Part shown: positions 11,960-23,451 of the stretch, piece after piece
Position numbering within the stretch: the first letter of the stretch is position 1
Layout of the letters: the number at the start of each line of letters is the position of its first letter
DNA from: Alphaproteobacteria bacterium
Lineage (GTDB): Bacteria; Pseudomonadota; Alphaproteobacteria; SMXQ01
Direction of reading: 5' to 3'
Assembly: GCA_038145705.1 (NCBI GenBank)
Contig: JAYQQF010000014.1
Coordinates: forward strand, 3,881 to 67,880
DNA: 64,000 bases
Notes under the pieces: generated by a model
The model's database searches: none
Told to the model about the DNA's origin: nothing
What the model saw: the letters and a program-made list of their open reading frames with translations, nothing else
Program-made: the position numbers and the translations under genes

Positions 11960-12436
11960 TCAGGCAGCGACGCGGCCGGGACGGGTGACGATGAACAGCG
12001 CCACGGGGATCAGGCAGGCGGCAACGGCGACCGGCACCCACCACGGCGTCTTGGCGACGAACGTCACGATCACCATGCTCAGGCTCATCATGCCGACGGC
12101 CAGGATCTTGGCGCGTGTCGGAATCACGCCGTGTGCATGCCACTCGCGCAGCGGCTTGCCGAAGCGGGGATGGTCGTAGAGCCAGCGGTGGAACCGCACC
12201 GAGCTTTTCGAAAAAGCCCAGAGCGCCATCAGCAGGAACACCGTCGTCGGCATGACCGGCAGGAACATGCCGGCGATGCCAAGCCCGACGTTGATGAAAC
12301 CGAAACCCATCAAGGCATAGCGCACCGGCGCGCAGACGAAGGGAACCTCGTCGCAAAATGACGATTGAGGGGCCGCGTCGCCGGCGACGGGGCAGGCGGG
12401 GGAGGTCAGGTTCTGGGTCGAGTGATCGGGCTTCAT
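11960..12436 (-). CDS. DUF454/YbaN family inner-membrane protein
   Basis: GIAGMFLPVMPTTVFLLMALWAFSKSSVRFHRWLYDHPRFGKPLREWHAHGVIPTRAK matches the YbaN pattern. The exact start is uncertain. Confidence 0.75.
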   Translation of the reverse strand: MKPDHSTQNLTSPACPVAGDAAPQSSFCDEVPFVCAPVRYALMGFGFINVGLGIAGMFLPVMPTTVFLLMALWAFSKSSVRFHRWLYDHPRFGKPLREWHAHGVIPTRAKILAVGMMSLSMVIVTFVAKTPWWVPVAVAACLIPVALFIVTRPGRVAA

Positions 12437-12491
12437 AAGCCGATCATCGCTTTTTCCCGTAAATACCTAGTTAAAACGGTAAATGGCGTAA

Positions 12492-12872
12492 TCAGTGGTT
12501 CCGGACGGCGGACAGAGCCTTCATCCGCACCTGGCCGAGGAACTGTTCGTCCGAACGGGGGTGCACGGTAACCATGAATTCCTGCGCCGGGGCATGAGCG
12601 GCGGCCACTTCCCGGGCGGCTTCGGCCGTCGCTGCGGTTATGGTCATCAGCGACATGTGCGCGCTGCCGTCGGCGGCGGCATAAATGAACTGCGCCGTCC
12701 ACACCTGGGGTTCGGACGTTTTCGGCGCGGGCGTCGCCTTGGCGGCGGGACCCGGCGCGGCCTTGCGCGCCACGCGGCGCTTCTTCGGCGCGGGCGTAGA
12801 CTTGGCCGCGGCAGCGGGCTTGCGGCGAGCGCGCTTTTTCGGCGCGGGCAAATCGATATCGGTGACGGTCAT
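12492..12872 (-). CDS. small basic protein: Lys/Arg/Pro/Ala-rich N-terminus plus an uncharacterised C-terminal domain (126 aa)
   Basis: Begins MTVTDIDLPAPKKRARRKPAAAAKSTPAPKKRRVARKAAPGPAAKATPAPK and has high GC3. Its ATG overlaps the upstream stop as ATGA (12869-12872). Confidence 0.6.
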   Translation of the reverse strand: MTVTDIDLPAPKKRARRKPAAAAKSTPAPKKRRVARKAAPGPAAKATPAPKTSEPQVWTAQFIYAAADGSAHMSLMTITAATAEAAREVAAAHAPAQEFMVTVHPRSDEQFLGQVRMKALSAVRNH

Positions 12873-13180
12873 TTGACCCTCGATTCGGCGCGGCCGGCGA
12901 CGGGCTGCTCGTAGCAATCCACGCGGCCGAGGGACCGGTAGCAGTAGTTGTGCACCACGGTTTCCGTGCGGCAGGCAACGTCGTTCAGGAACGGTGCGCC
13001 ACGCTTTTCGCAGATCCGGTAAACCGTAACCTGACGGCCCTTGTTGTCGACCATCCGTGTCGATGTCACATCGGGCTTCGACGTCCCGCAGGCGGCAAGG
13101 GCCAAGGCCAAAAGGGCCGGAACCCATTTCGGGACCGACCGGCTCGCGGATGACAGGGCAGGGGCAACTGGACGACGCAT
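12869..13180 (-). CDS. Cys-rich lipoprotein (103 aa)
   Basis: Signal peptide with lipobox LALAAC, followed by five more Cys in about 60 residues. Confidence 0.7.
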   Translation of the reverse strand: MRRPVAPALSSASRSVPKWVPALLALALAACGTSKPDVTSTRMVDNKGRQVTVYRICEKRGAPFLNDVACRTETVVHNYCYRSLGRVDCYEQPVAGRAESRVK

Positions 13181-13290
13181 CCGACGATTTTGATTTAAAT
13201 CCGGTCAAGAAATCGTTAACCGTTGCGCCTTCCAGCGTGGATTCCGGCGGCTGCTGGAGTAAAGCCCGCCACAGGAGTAGACTGCCCGCC

Positions 13291-14067
13291 ATGCACGACA
13301 AACCCACCGGCTCCCCGGAAACAAGGGAAACCCCGGCTCCCAAGCCGACCGTCCGCCATCGCATCGGCGCCCGCCTGCGCAATTACCTGCTTGCCGGCGT
13401 TCTGGTGACGGCGCCGCTAGGCCTGACCGTCTACTTCGCCTGGGCCTTCATCGACTGGATGGACCAGAAGGTCATGCCGCTGGTGCCGATGCAGTACCAC
13501 CCGGAGACCTACCTGCCGTTCACCATTCCCGGGCTCGGCCTGATCATCGCCATTCTCGTGCTGATGTCCATCGGCCTGCTGACCGCGAGCCTGCTGGGCC
13601 GCACCTTCCTGAACCTGTCGGAACGTATCCTTCACCGCATGCCGGTGGTGCGCAGCATTTACGGCACCCTCAAGCAGGTATTCGAAACCCTACTCAGCCA
13701 TCAGTCCGATGCGTTCCGCCAGGTGGTGATGATCGAGTATCCGCGCCGCGGGTTATGGGCGCTCGGCTTTCTTACCGGCCCGACCGTGGGCGAGGTGCAG
13801 AACCTGACCAGGGAACGCGTCCTCAACGTATTCCTGCCGACGACGCCGAACCCGACCTCGGGCTTCCTGCTATTCGTCCCCGAAGAAGACGTCGTCGTTC
13901 TCCAGATGTCGGTGGAAGAGGGAATCAAGATGGTCATGTCCGGCGGCATCGTCACGCCGCCGGACCGCCGCCCGAAATCCCTTCAGGAGATTCCGGTCGT
14001 GTCCGCAAAGACCTACGAAAACCTGGACATCATGCGCGAGAAAGACGGCGCGCTGCCGCGCCGCTAA
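13291..14067 (+). CDS. DUF502 family membrane protein
   Basis: From ATG 13291: MHDKPTG...LLAGVLVTAPLGLTVYFAWAFIDWMD...RMPVVRSIYGTLKQVFE...VVMIEYPRRGLWALGFLTG. The listed ORF start at 13057 lies in the upstream intergenic region or gene. Confidence 0.8.
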   Translation: MHDKPTGSPETRETPAPKPTVRHRIGARLRNYLLAGVLVTAPLGLTVYFAWAFIDWMDQKVMPLVPMQYHPETYLPFTIPGLGLIIAILVLMSIGLLTASLLGRTFLNLSERILHRMPVVRSIYGTLKQVFETLLSHQSDAFRQVVMIEYPRRGLWALGFLTGPTVGEVQNLTRERVLNVFLPTTPNPTSGFLLFVPEEDVVVLQMSVEEGIKMVMSGGIVTPPDRRPKSLQEIPVVSAKTYENLDIMREKDGALPRR

Positions 14068-14069
14068 CC

Positions 14070-16205
<2,136 letters not shown>

Positions 16206-16365
16206 CCGTGACTGGGCGGCTGACAGGGCGGGCGTGAAGGCTTATATCCTACGCAGCTATCCTAAGCGGCCCTGTGCCCCCTGTCATGCCGCCGCTCCGA
16301 CCGGAGCGGCCGACGACCGGGGCAGAGGGTGAAGTGCGTCCAATGTTTGCCGGAAAGGCCCGCAA

Positions 16366-16644
16366 ATGGCCCAAAATGAAGATCTCGCCAAGCGCCGCAA
16401 GCGCCTCCTGTATCAGGCCAATCATCGCGGCACCCAGGAATCCGACCTGGTCATCGGCGGTTTCGCGCGCGCCCATCTGGATGGTTTTGGCCCAGACGAC
16501 CTCGACCGCTTCGAAGCACTGATCAGCGTCACCGACGCCGACCTGATGGACTGGGTTTCCGGTCGCACCGAGGCCCCGGACCACCTGCGCGGGCCCATTC
16601 TAGACCTCATGATCGACTTCAAGAATAAGTTGTTAAATCATTGA
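16366..16644 (+). CDS. sdhE: FAD assembly factor SdhE (DUF339)
   Basis: 92 aa with RRKRLLYQANHRGTQESDLVIGGF (RGxxE motif). It sits between recG and mfd, as is typical of Alphaproteobacteria. Confidence 0.85.
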   Translation: MAQNEDLAKRRKRLLYQANHRGTQESDLVIGGFARAHLDGFGPDDLDRFEALISVTDADLMDWVSGRTEAPDHLRGPILDLMIDFKNKLLNH

Positions 16645-19600
16645 CAGATTTGATTTTTAAAAAAGAGAAACTCATCGCGGGCGCCCCCGGCGCCTTCGAC
16701 GGGTTCTGGCTCGCTCAGGGGCTGGCGGAGGGCCGCATCAAGGCCGTCCTGCATGTCGCCGTGGACGACCGCGCCCTTGTCCGCATGGACGACACGCTCG
16801 CCCTTCTGGCGCCCGGGGTCGAACGCATCACCGTGCCTGCCTGGGACTGCCTTCCCTATGACCGCGTCGGGCCCAACGGCACCATAGCGGCGCGGCGGAT
16901 CGATGCCCTGTTCCGGCTGGCGACGCGCGCGGCCGATGCGTCGGCCCCGGTCGTGCTGCTGACCACCGTCAACGCCATCCTGCAGAAGGTGCCGACACCC
17001 CACAGCTATCGCGGGGCGGGCCTGCGCGTGGCGACGGGATCGGCGTTGCTGACCGACGCCTTTCTCGGCTACGCCGCGGCCAACGGCTTTTCCCGCGCCG
17101 AAACCGTCATGGAGCCCGGCGAATTCGCCATTCGCGGCGGCCTGATTGACGTCTTCCCACCCGGCCTCGAGGGGCCGGTACGCATCGACCTGTTCGGCGA
17201 CGAGGTCGAGCGCATCCGCCGCTTCGACCCGCTGACCCAGATTTCCGCGGGGGAACTGGACGCCGTCGTACTGACGCCGGTGAGCGAGGTGCTGCTGACC
17301 GAAGAGTCGATTTCGCGCTTCCGCTCCGGCTATCGCGCCCTGTTCGGCGCGGCGAAGGAAGCGGACGAGCTTTACGCCGCCATTTCCGCCGGCCGCCGCC
17401 AGCCAGGCATGGAACACTGGCTGCCGCTGTTCTGCGAAAACCTCGCCACGCTTTGCGATTACCTGCCGGGGGCCTCGGTCAGCATCGGCGACGGCGCCAC
17501 CGACGCCATCACCCTGCGGCTCGAACAGATTGCCGACTATTACGCTGCGCGCCGCGACCTCCGGACGGCGGGTGCCGCGGAAACGGGCGGGATCTACAAC
17601 CCACTGCCGCCCGAAAGCCTCTACCTGACCGGCGATGCCCTTGCCGATGCCCTGGCAGGACGGGAAGTCGTGCGTTTCTCTGCCTTCGACGAGGCGACCG
17701 GACCTTCCAATGCCGGCGTGCGCCTGATGCGCAACTTCGCCGCAGAGGCCCGCGGCACCGGCGTCAACGCCTTCGATGCCGCCAAGGAATTTGCCTGGGC
17801 CCGCATGGGCGAGGGCACGCGCGTCATCCTCGCCTGCGCGACCGCGGGCAGCGTGGCGCGCCTCGACCGCCTGTTGCGCGAGCATCGCTTCGGCAAGACC
17901 GCCATGCCCGCGACCTGGGCGGAGGCGATGGCCCTGCCAACCGATACGCTGGCGCTCGTCGCACTCGATCTCGACCAGGGCTTCGTCGCACCGGGCCTCT
18001 GCGTCATCGCGGAACCCGACATCCTCGGGCAGCGGCTGGCACGGCGTCCGCGCCGCACCAGGGCATCGGATGCCTTCGTCACCGAACTGTCGCAACTGAC
18101 CGAAGGCACCCTCGTCGTCCACGCCGAGCACGGCATCGGCCGCTATGACGGGCTGGTGACGCTGGAAGTCAACGTCGCCGGCACCCGCAAGGTTCCCCAC
18201 GACTGCCTGCGCCTGATCTACGACGGCGGCGACAAGCTGTTCGTGCCGGTCGAAAACATGGACGTTCTCACGCGCTACGGCGAGGACGAGGGCAACGTTT
18301 CCCTAGACCGCCTCGGCGGGGCCGCATGGCAGGCGAAGAAGGCGCGCCTCAAGAAGCGCCTGCGCGAGATGGCGGACGAGTTGCTCAAGGTCGCCGCCGC
18401 CCGCGCGCTGGTCACGGCGCGCGCGATGGTGGCGCCCGCGGGCGCGATGGAGGAATTCGCCGCCCGTTTCCCCTATACGGAAACCGAGGACCAGCAGTCG
18501 GCGATCAACGATACCCTTGCAGACCTCGGCGCCGACAGGCCGATGGACCGGCTGATCTGCGGCGACGTCGGCTTCGGCAAGACCGAGGTGGCGCTGCGCG
18601 CCGCCTTCGCCGCCGCCATTTCGGGCCATCAGGTCGCCGTCGTGGTGCCGACGACGCTGCTCGCCCGCCAGCATTTCGAGACCTTCCGCGCCCGCTTCGA
18701 GGGCCTGCCCATCCGCATCGCGCAACTGTCGCGCCTGGTGACGCCGAAGGACGCCGAAGATACCAAGGCCGCACTTGCACGCGGGGAAGTGGACATTGTC
18801 GTCGGCACCCACGCGGTGCTGGCCGAATCCATCCGTTTCCAGCGCCTAGGCCTGCTGATCATCGACGAGGAGCAGCACTTCGGCGTCGTCCACAAGGAGC
18901 GCCTGAAGAAACTGCGCGCCGATGTCCATGTCCTGACCCTGACCGCGACGCCGATCCCGCGCACGCTCCAGCTCGCGCTCACCGGCGTCAAGGAAATGAG
19001 CATCATCGCCACGCCGCCCGTCGACCGGCTGGCCGTGCGCACCTTCGTGCTGCCCTTCGACGGCATCGTGATGCGCGAGGCGATCCGCCGCGAACTGCAC
19101 CGCGGCGGGCAGTGCTTCTACGTCTGCCCGCGCATTTCCGATATCGGCGCGGTCGAGGCGCAACTGACCGAAATCGCGCCCGAGGCGCGGCGCGTCACCG
19201 TCCACGGGCAGATGGCGCCGGCGAAGCTGGAAGCGGCGATCGGCAGGTTTCTCGATCGCGAATACGACATCCTGATTTCGACGAACATCATCGAATCGGG
19301 CCTCGATATGCCCAACGTCAATACCATCATCGTGCATCGCGCCGACATGTTCGGCCTTGCCCAGCTCTACCAGCTGCGCGGGCGGGTAGGGCGGTCCAAG
19401 GCGCGTGCCTATGCGTATCTCACGCTGCCGCCGCGCCGACAGGTGACGCCGGCGGCCGAAAAACGCCTGCATGTCATGCAAACGCTCGATTCGCTCGGCG
19501 CCGGGTTCTCGCTCGCCAGCCACGATCTCGACATTCGCGGTGCCGGCAACCTGCTGGGCGACGAACAGTCGGGCCATATCCGCGAGGTGGGCGCCGAGCT

Positions 19601-20126
19601 CTACCAGCAGATGCTGGAGGAAACCGTCGCCGAAATGAAGGGTGCGGCCATCGCCGCCGATACGGAATGGACGCCGCAGATCACCGTCGATGTGCCCGTA
19701 CTGATCCCGGAAAACTACGTCGCCGATCTCGGGGTGCGTCTGGGGCTTTATCGCCGCATCGCCTCGCTGGTCGCGCGCGAGGAAGCCGACGCCTTCGCCG
19801 CCGAACTGATCGATCGCTTCGGCCCGCTGCCGTCAGAGGTCGAAAACCTGATCCGCATCGTCGCCCTCAAGCACGACTGCCGCATCGCCGGCGTCGCCCG
19901 CATCGAGGCGGGGCCCAAGGGCTGCACCGTTGCCTTCAAGGACGGGCGCTTCGCCAACCCCGAAGGCCTGATCGCCCTGATCGCGCACTCGCCCGGCGTT
20001 ATGAAGGTGCGGCCTGATCAGACGCTGGTGATCGCGCGCACCTGGCCCGGCCAGGACGACCGTCTGAAAGGCATGGCGAAGGAAGTGGCGCGGCTTGCGG
20101 AAATCGCCGCCGGCAAGGCGGCCTGA
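16641..20126 (+). CDS. mfd: transcription-repair coupling factor
   Basis: 1161 aa with GDVGFGKTEVA, DEEQHFGV and LYQLRGRVGRS. The TTG start overlaps the sdhE stop. Confidence 0.95.
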   Translation: MTDLIFKKEKLIAGAPGAFDGFWLAQGLAEGRIKAVLHVAVDDRALVRMDDTLALLAPGVERITVPAWDCLPYDRVGPNGTIAARRIDALFRLATRAADASAPVVLLTTVNAILQKVPTPHSYRGAGLRVATGSALLTDAFLGYAAANGFSRAETVMEPGEFAIRGGLIDVFPPGLEGPVRIDLFGDEVERIRRFDPLTQISAGELDAVVLTPVSEVLLTEESISRFRSGYRALFGAAKEADELYAAISAGRRQPGMEHWLPLFCENLATLCDYLPGASVSIGDGATDAITLRLEQIADYYAARRDLRTAGAAETGGIYNPLPPESLYLTGDALADALAGREVVRFSAFDEATGPSNAGVRLMRNFAAEARGTGVNAFDAAKEFAWARMGEGTRVILACATAGSVARLDRLLREHRFGKTAMPATWAEAMALPTDTLALVALDLDQGFVAPGLCVIAEPDILGQRLARRPRRTRASDAFVTELSQLTEGTLVVHAEHGIGRYDGLVTLEVNVAGTRKVPHDCLRLIYDGGDKLFVPVENMDVLTRYGEDEGNVSLDRLGGAAWQAKKARLKKRLREMADELLKVAAARALVTARAMVAPAGAMEEFAARFPYTETEDQQSAINDTLADLGADRPMDRLICGDVGFGKTEVALRAAFAAAISGHQVAVVVPTTLLARQHFETFRARFEGLPIRIAQLSRLVTPKDAEDTKAALARGEVDIVVGTHAVLAESIRFQRLGLLIIDEEQHFGVVHKERLKKLRADVHVLTLTATPIPRTLQLALTGVKEMSIIATPPVDRLAVRTFVLPFDGIVMREAIRRELHRGGQCFYVCPRISDIGAVEAQLTEIAPEARRVTVHGQMAPAKLEAAIGRFLDREYDILISTNIIESGLDMPNVNTIIVHRADMFGLAQLYQLRGRVGRSKARAYAYLTLPPRRQVTPAAEKRLHVMQTLDSLGAGFSLASHDLDIRGAGNLLGDEQSGHIREVGAELYQQMLEETVAEMKGAAIAADTEWTPQITVDVPVLIPENYVADLGVRLGLYRRIASLVAREEADAFAAELIDRFGPLPSEVENLIRIVALKHDCRIAGVARIEAGPKGCTVAFKDGRFANPEGLIALIAHSPGVMKVRPDQTLVIARTWPGQDDRLKGMAKEVARLAEIAAGKAA

Positions 20127-20133
20127 GGTTCGC

Positions 20134-20808
20134 TCAGCGCGAGAGGGGCGCGCGGGCTGTCTCGGCGCGGACCAGATCGAGCGCCCGGATGATGACTTCG
20201 GGGCTCTGGGCACCGGAAAGCTGGTATCGGCCGCCGACGATGAAGAAGGGCACCCCACCGATGCCGGCGGCACGCGCCGCGGCATCCTCTGCAATCACCG
20301 CGTCGCGGTCTTCATCGCCTACGAGGAATCGCGCCGCTTCGTCGCCGTCACATCCTGCGGCAGCGGCGATCGCCTGCAGTTCCCCCGGATCGCCGATATC
20401 GCGGCCTTCAAGGAAGTAGGCGCTGAACAAACCGTCCAGCACTGCATCGGCACGCGCGAGCCGGGCTGCGAATTTCAGCAGACGATGGGCCGCCACCGTG
20501 TTGGGCGTACGCCGGATGCGGGAGAAAGCGAAAGCGATGCCTTCGGATTCGCCTTCGCGCCGAATCACGTCATAGACATGACGGGCGCGGTCGGGGCCGC
20601 CGAACTTCGCGGCGAGATATTCGCCCCGGTCCATGCCCTCCCTCGGCATGCCAGGGTTGAGCTGGAACGCGTGCCACCGCGTCGCCGCGACGGCACCCGA
20701 CAACGACAGCGCGCGGTCGAGCCGACGCTTGCCGATCATGCACCAGGGGCAGATGGGATCGACGAACGTATCGATGACGAAATCGCTGGAATCGGGACCT
20801 TCAGGCAT
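20134..20808 (-). CDS. DsbA-family (FrnE / 2-hydroxychromene-2-carboxylate isomerase-like) thiol oxidoreductase
   Basis: N-terminal DTFVDPICPWCMIGKRRL contains a CPWC active site. Length is 224 aa. Confidence 0.8.
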   Translation of the reverse strand: MPEGPDSSDFVIDTFVDPICPWCMIGKRRLDRALSLSGAVAATRWHAFQLNPGMPREGMDRGEYLAAKFGGPDRARHVYDVIRREGESEGIAFAFSRIRRTPNTVAAHRLLKFAARLARADAVLDGLFSAYFLEGRDIGDPGELQAIAAAAGCDGDEAARFLVGDEDRDAVIAEDAAARAAGIGGVPFFIVGGRYQLSGAQSPEVIIRALDLVRAETARAPLSR

Positions 20809-20937
20809 GGGGCGTTCCTAGCACAGCCTCGCGGAGGTTGGGGAGGGATGTTAACGCCTTGGCAAGGATAGGCATATTAACCTAGATTCTAACACGTAAA
20901 ACGCCGGATCTGGGGCCCGGCGGCATCGGAGTTTGCC

Positions 20938-21495
20938 ATGGTGGCCCTGAAACCGGACGTCGATCGTTATGTATCGTTTTCCGATCTTACGATCATGATC
21001 GTCGACGACAACCAGTACATGCGCCAGCTGCTGAATCACATGCTGCGCGCTTTCGATGTCGGCCTCATCCTGCATGCGGGCAATGCCAAGGATGCCTTCG
21101 AGGAGATGCGGCAGACGCGGACCGACTGCCTTATCGTCGACTGGCTGATGCCGGGCGGCATGAGCGGCATCGAATTCGTCAAGATGGTCCGCACCAGCCC
21201 GAAAAGCCCGAAGCCCGATATTCCGCTGATCCTCTGCACCGGACACACCGAAAAGGAACGCGTGCTCGAAGCCCGCGACGCCGGCGTTTCCGAAGTGCTG
21301 ACCAAGCCGGTATCGCCGCGCGCACTGATGCACAAGCTGCGCCTCGCGATTTTCCGGCCGCGGCCGTTCATCATCAGCCCCAACTATACCGGTCCCGACA
21401 GGCGGCGACGGAACAACGTCAAATACAACAGCATTGAACGCCGACGGACCATCGGACTGCGGCAGGACGACATCGACGCCCTGCTGAAAGGCTGA
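20938..21495 (+). CDS. single-domain CheY-like response regulator with an Arg-rich C-terminal tail
   Basis: Receiver residues are MIVDDNQ, LIVDWLMPGGMSG, LCTGHTE and LTKPVSP. A 45-aa tail follows, containing PNYTGPDRRRRNNVKYNSIERRR. Confidence 0.85.
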   Translation: MVALKPDVDRYVSFSDLTIMIVDDNQYMRQLLNHMLRAFDVGLILHAGNAKDAFEEMRQTRTDCLIVDWLMPGGMSGIEFVKMVRTSPKSPKPDIPLILCTGHTEKERVLEARDAGVSEVLTKPVSPRALMHKLRLAIFRPRPFIISPNYTGPDRRRRNNVKYNSIERRRTIGLRQDDIDALLKG

Positions 21496-21522
21496 CGTCT
21501 TTCAAAAGCGGAGATCACGACA

Positions 21523-21915
21523 ATGGCCCTATCCATCGAGCAGGCGATCGCCGAAGCGGAAAAGCAGATCCGCTCCCTAGCCGACCAATATCCCGATCAC
21601 GTCATAACCATGCTCAACTACGCCGAACGGCTCCTTCAGGCCGGGAACTGGAGCGCGGTAGCGACCATGGCCCATGACATCAAGGGCCAGGCGGCAACCG
21701 TCGGCTGGCCCATTTTAGGCATCATCGCCCGTTCGCTTCAGGCGTGTATCGAGATCGCGCCGGGGCAAAGGGTCGAGGAAATCATCAGGCTGCACCTGGC
21801 TTCGATGCGCTACTGCGTTTCCCATGGACTTAAGGCTCCTTCCCAAAAGGGAGGAGAAGTTCTGCTGGCCGATCTCGACGACCTGCGCATCCATTTGGAA
21901 AAAACCCTCTTTTAA
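21523..21915 (+). CDS. stand-alone histidine phosphotransfer (Hpt) protein
   Basis: 130 aa and helical, with MAHDIKGQAATVGW (the HxxKG phosphotransfer motif). Confidence 0.75.
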   Translation: MALSIEQAIAEAEKQIRSLADQYPDHVITMLNYAERLLQAGNWSAVATMAHDIKGQAATVGWPILGIIARSLQACIEIAPGQRVEEIIRLHLASMRYCVSHGLKAPSQKGGEVLLADLDDLRIHLEKTLF

Positions 21916-22052
21916 TCATATACCTAAAAAGTGCAATTCCTTCGGAATAAATAGGTTGTTAACGGCTTTTCGGCTCTCTTAACGGGTCTTCAGTCCGTAT
22001 TTACCGAAAGGCCGGTACAAGACCGACCTGTTGCTTTCCGGAGTCCGCGTAC

Positions 22053-23357
22053 ATGGCCATCGCCGCCCTCGCAATGATGTTGTCCCGACACAAGGCCTTT
22101 CTTGAAGGCAATCCCGATGGCGTGCGTGCCGATCTCTCCGGCGAAGACGTCTCGGGACTGAATCTCGAAGGCATCAACCTTTGCAGCGTGCTCGCGGCTG
22201 CCTGCAATTTCAGCCGCTCGCTTCTCGTCAACGCCAATATCAGCAACGCCGACCTGTTTCGCGCGAATTTCGAATATTCGAACCTGTCCCGGTCGAATCT
22301 TTCGCGGTCGGACCTGAAGGGCGCCAGGCTGCACGGAGCCAAGCTCACGGAAGCCAATCTCAGCGAGGCCGATCTTCGGGCCGGTCGTTACCTGCAAGGC
22401 AACAGCGACGACGATCCGCGCACGGACCTCACGAACGCACGACTCGACCGCGCAAACCTGACCAAGGCCAATCTCACGCAGGCGCGCATGAATGCGTCTT
22501 CGGCTACAGGCGCCACAATGAAGCAGGCGGTGCTGGTGGAGACGGACCTTTCGGAATCCAACCTTGCCGATGCGGATTTTTCCGATGCCGACCTTTCCGG
22601 GGCGAATCTCGCAGGGGCCAACCTTTCCGGCGCGAATCTCTCGGGCGCGGCGCTCGAAGGCGCAAACCTCAAGGGGGCGCGGCTTTCGGGTGCGCACCTG
22701 GAAAAGGCCAAGCTCGGCGGGGCAAATCTCGACGACATCGTCGAAACCAAACAAACCAGCGATCTTCCGCTCGATATCCGCACGGTTTTGCGCGAGCACG
22801 AGGCATGGATCGAATCGAACGGGCAGCGGGGCAGGCGGGGAGACTTTCACGGCTGCGATCTCAGCGACGTGAATCTTGAACGCATGAACTTCAACGGCGC
22901 CAACCTGTCAGGCGCCAACCTGTCGGGCGCCGTTCTCGCTTATTGCCAGTTTCTTCTGGCCGATCTCTCCGATGCCAACCTGAGCCACGCAAACCTCTAC
23001 ATGGCGGACCTGATGGGCGCCAACCTGAAGGGCGCGAACCTCTATCGCGCGTCGCTGCGCTTCGCCAATCTCGGCCCCGCCACGATCTGGCGGCCGGGCG
23101 GCAGCGCCACGGGACGGATGTGGGCGGTGAATCTCGAAGGTGCGAACCTGTCCTACGCCGATGCCTCGGAAGCCAACATGAAGGAAGCCAACCTGCGCGG
23201 CGCGAACCTGACCGGCGCCGACATCACGGCGACCGATCTTGAGGAGGCGAATTTCCTCAACTCCACCGTGAAGGACACGGTGATGAGCACCGGCATCGCC
23301 CAGTCCGAAGACGACCTGCGCAACGGCCTTCATCAGGGCCCCCGCAAGCCCCGCTGA
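22053..23357 (+). CDS. pentapeptide-repeat protein (two repeat blocks)
   Basis: Long runs of A(D/N)LxX units, e.g. ANLAGANLSGANLSGAALEGANLKGARLSGAHL. The two blocks are separated by a linker with HEAWIESNGQRG. Confidence 0.9.
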   Translation: MAIAALAMMLSRHKAFLEGNPDGVRADLSGEDVSGLNLEGINLCSVLAAACNFSRSLLVNANISNADLFRANFEYSNLSRSNLSRSDLKGARLHGAKLTEANLSEADLRAGRYLQGNSDDDPRTDLTNARLDRANLTKANLTQARMNASSATGATMKQAVLVETDLSESNLADADFSDADLSGANLAGANLSGANLSGAALEGANLKGARLSGAHLEKAKLGGANLDDIVETKQTSDLPLDIRTVLREHEAWIESNGQRGRRGDFHGCDLSDVNLERMNFNGANLSGANLSGAVLAYCQFLLADLSDANLSHANLYMADLMGANLKGANLYRASLRFANLGPATIWRPGGSATGRMWAVNLEGANLSYADASEANMKEANLRGANLTGADITATDLEEANFLNSTVKDTVMSTGIAQSEDDLRNGLHQGPRKPR

Positions 23358-23451
23358 GCTTTTGCCCCCCGGAGCGCCCCATTGCCGCGCCCCGGCCCCG
23401 CATGTTACGGATTAAGCCGCTTTTTACCCTAATTCCTCCCCAGGAGGCGGC

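Noticed and set aside
12492-13382. 296-aa minus-strand ORF covering both small genes at 12.5-13.2 kb
   Set aside because: Its N-terminal two-thirds is out of frame with the lipoprotein, which has a lipobox signal peptide. Only its C-terminal 126 codons (from ATG 12872) look like a real gene.
16621-16680. AT-rich stretch at the sdhE stop / mfd TTG start
   Set aside because: It is short and sits exactly at a translation-initiation overlap, where low secondary structure is expected. It was not treated as a separate element.
22560-23060. Short tandem DNA repeats (GCGCCAACCTGTC-type) that could be mistaken for a repeat array or CRISPR
   Set aside because: They are the nucleotide image of in-frame pentapeptide repeats. 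There is no repeat-spacer structure and there are no cas genes.
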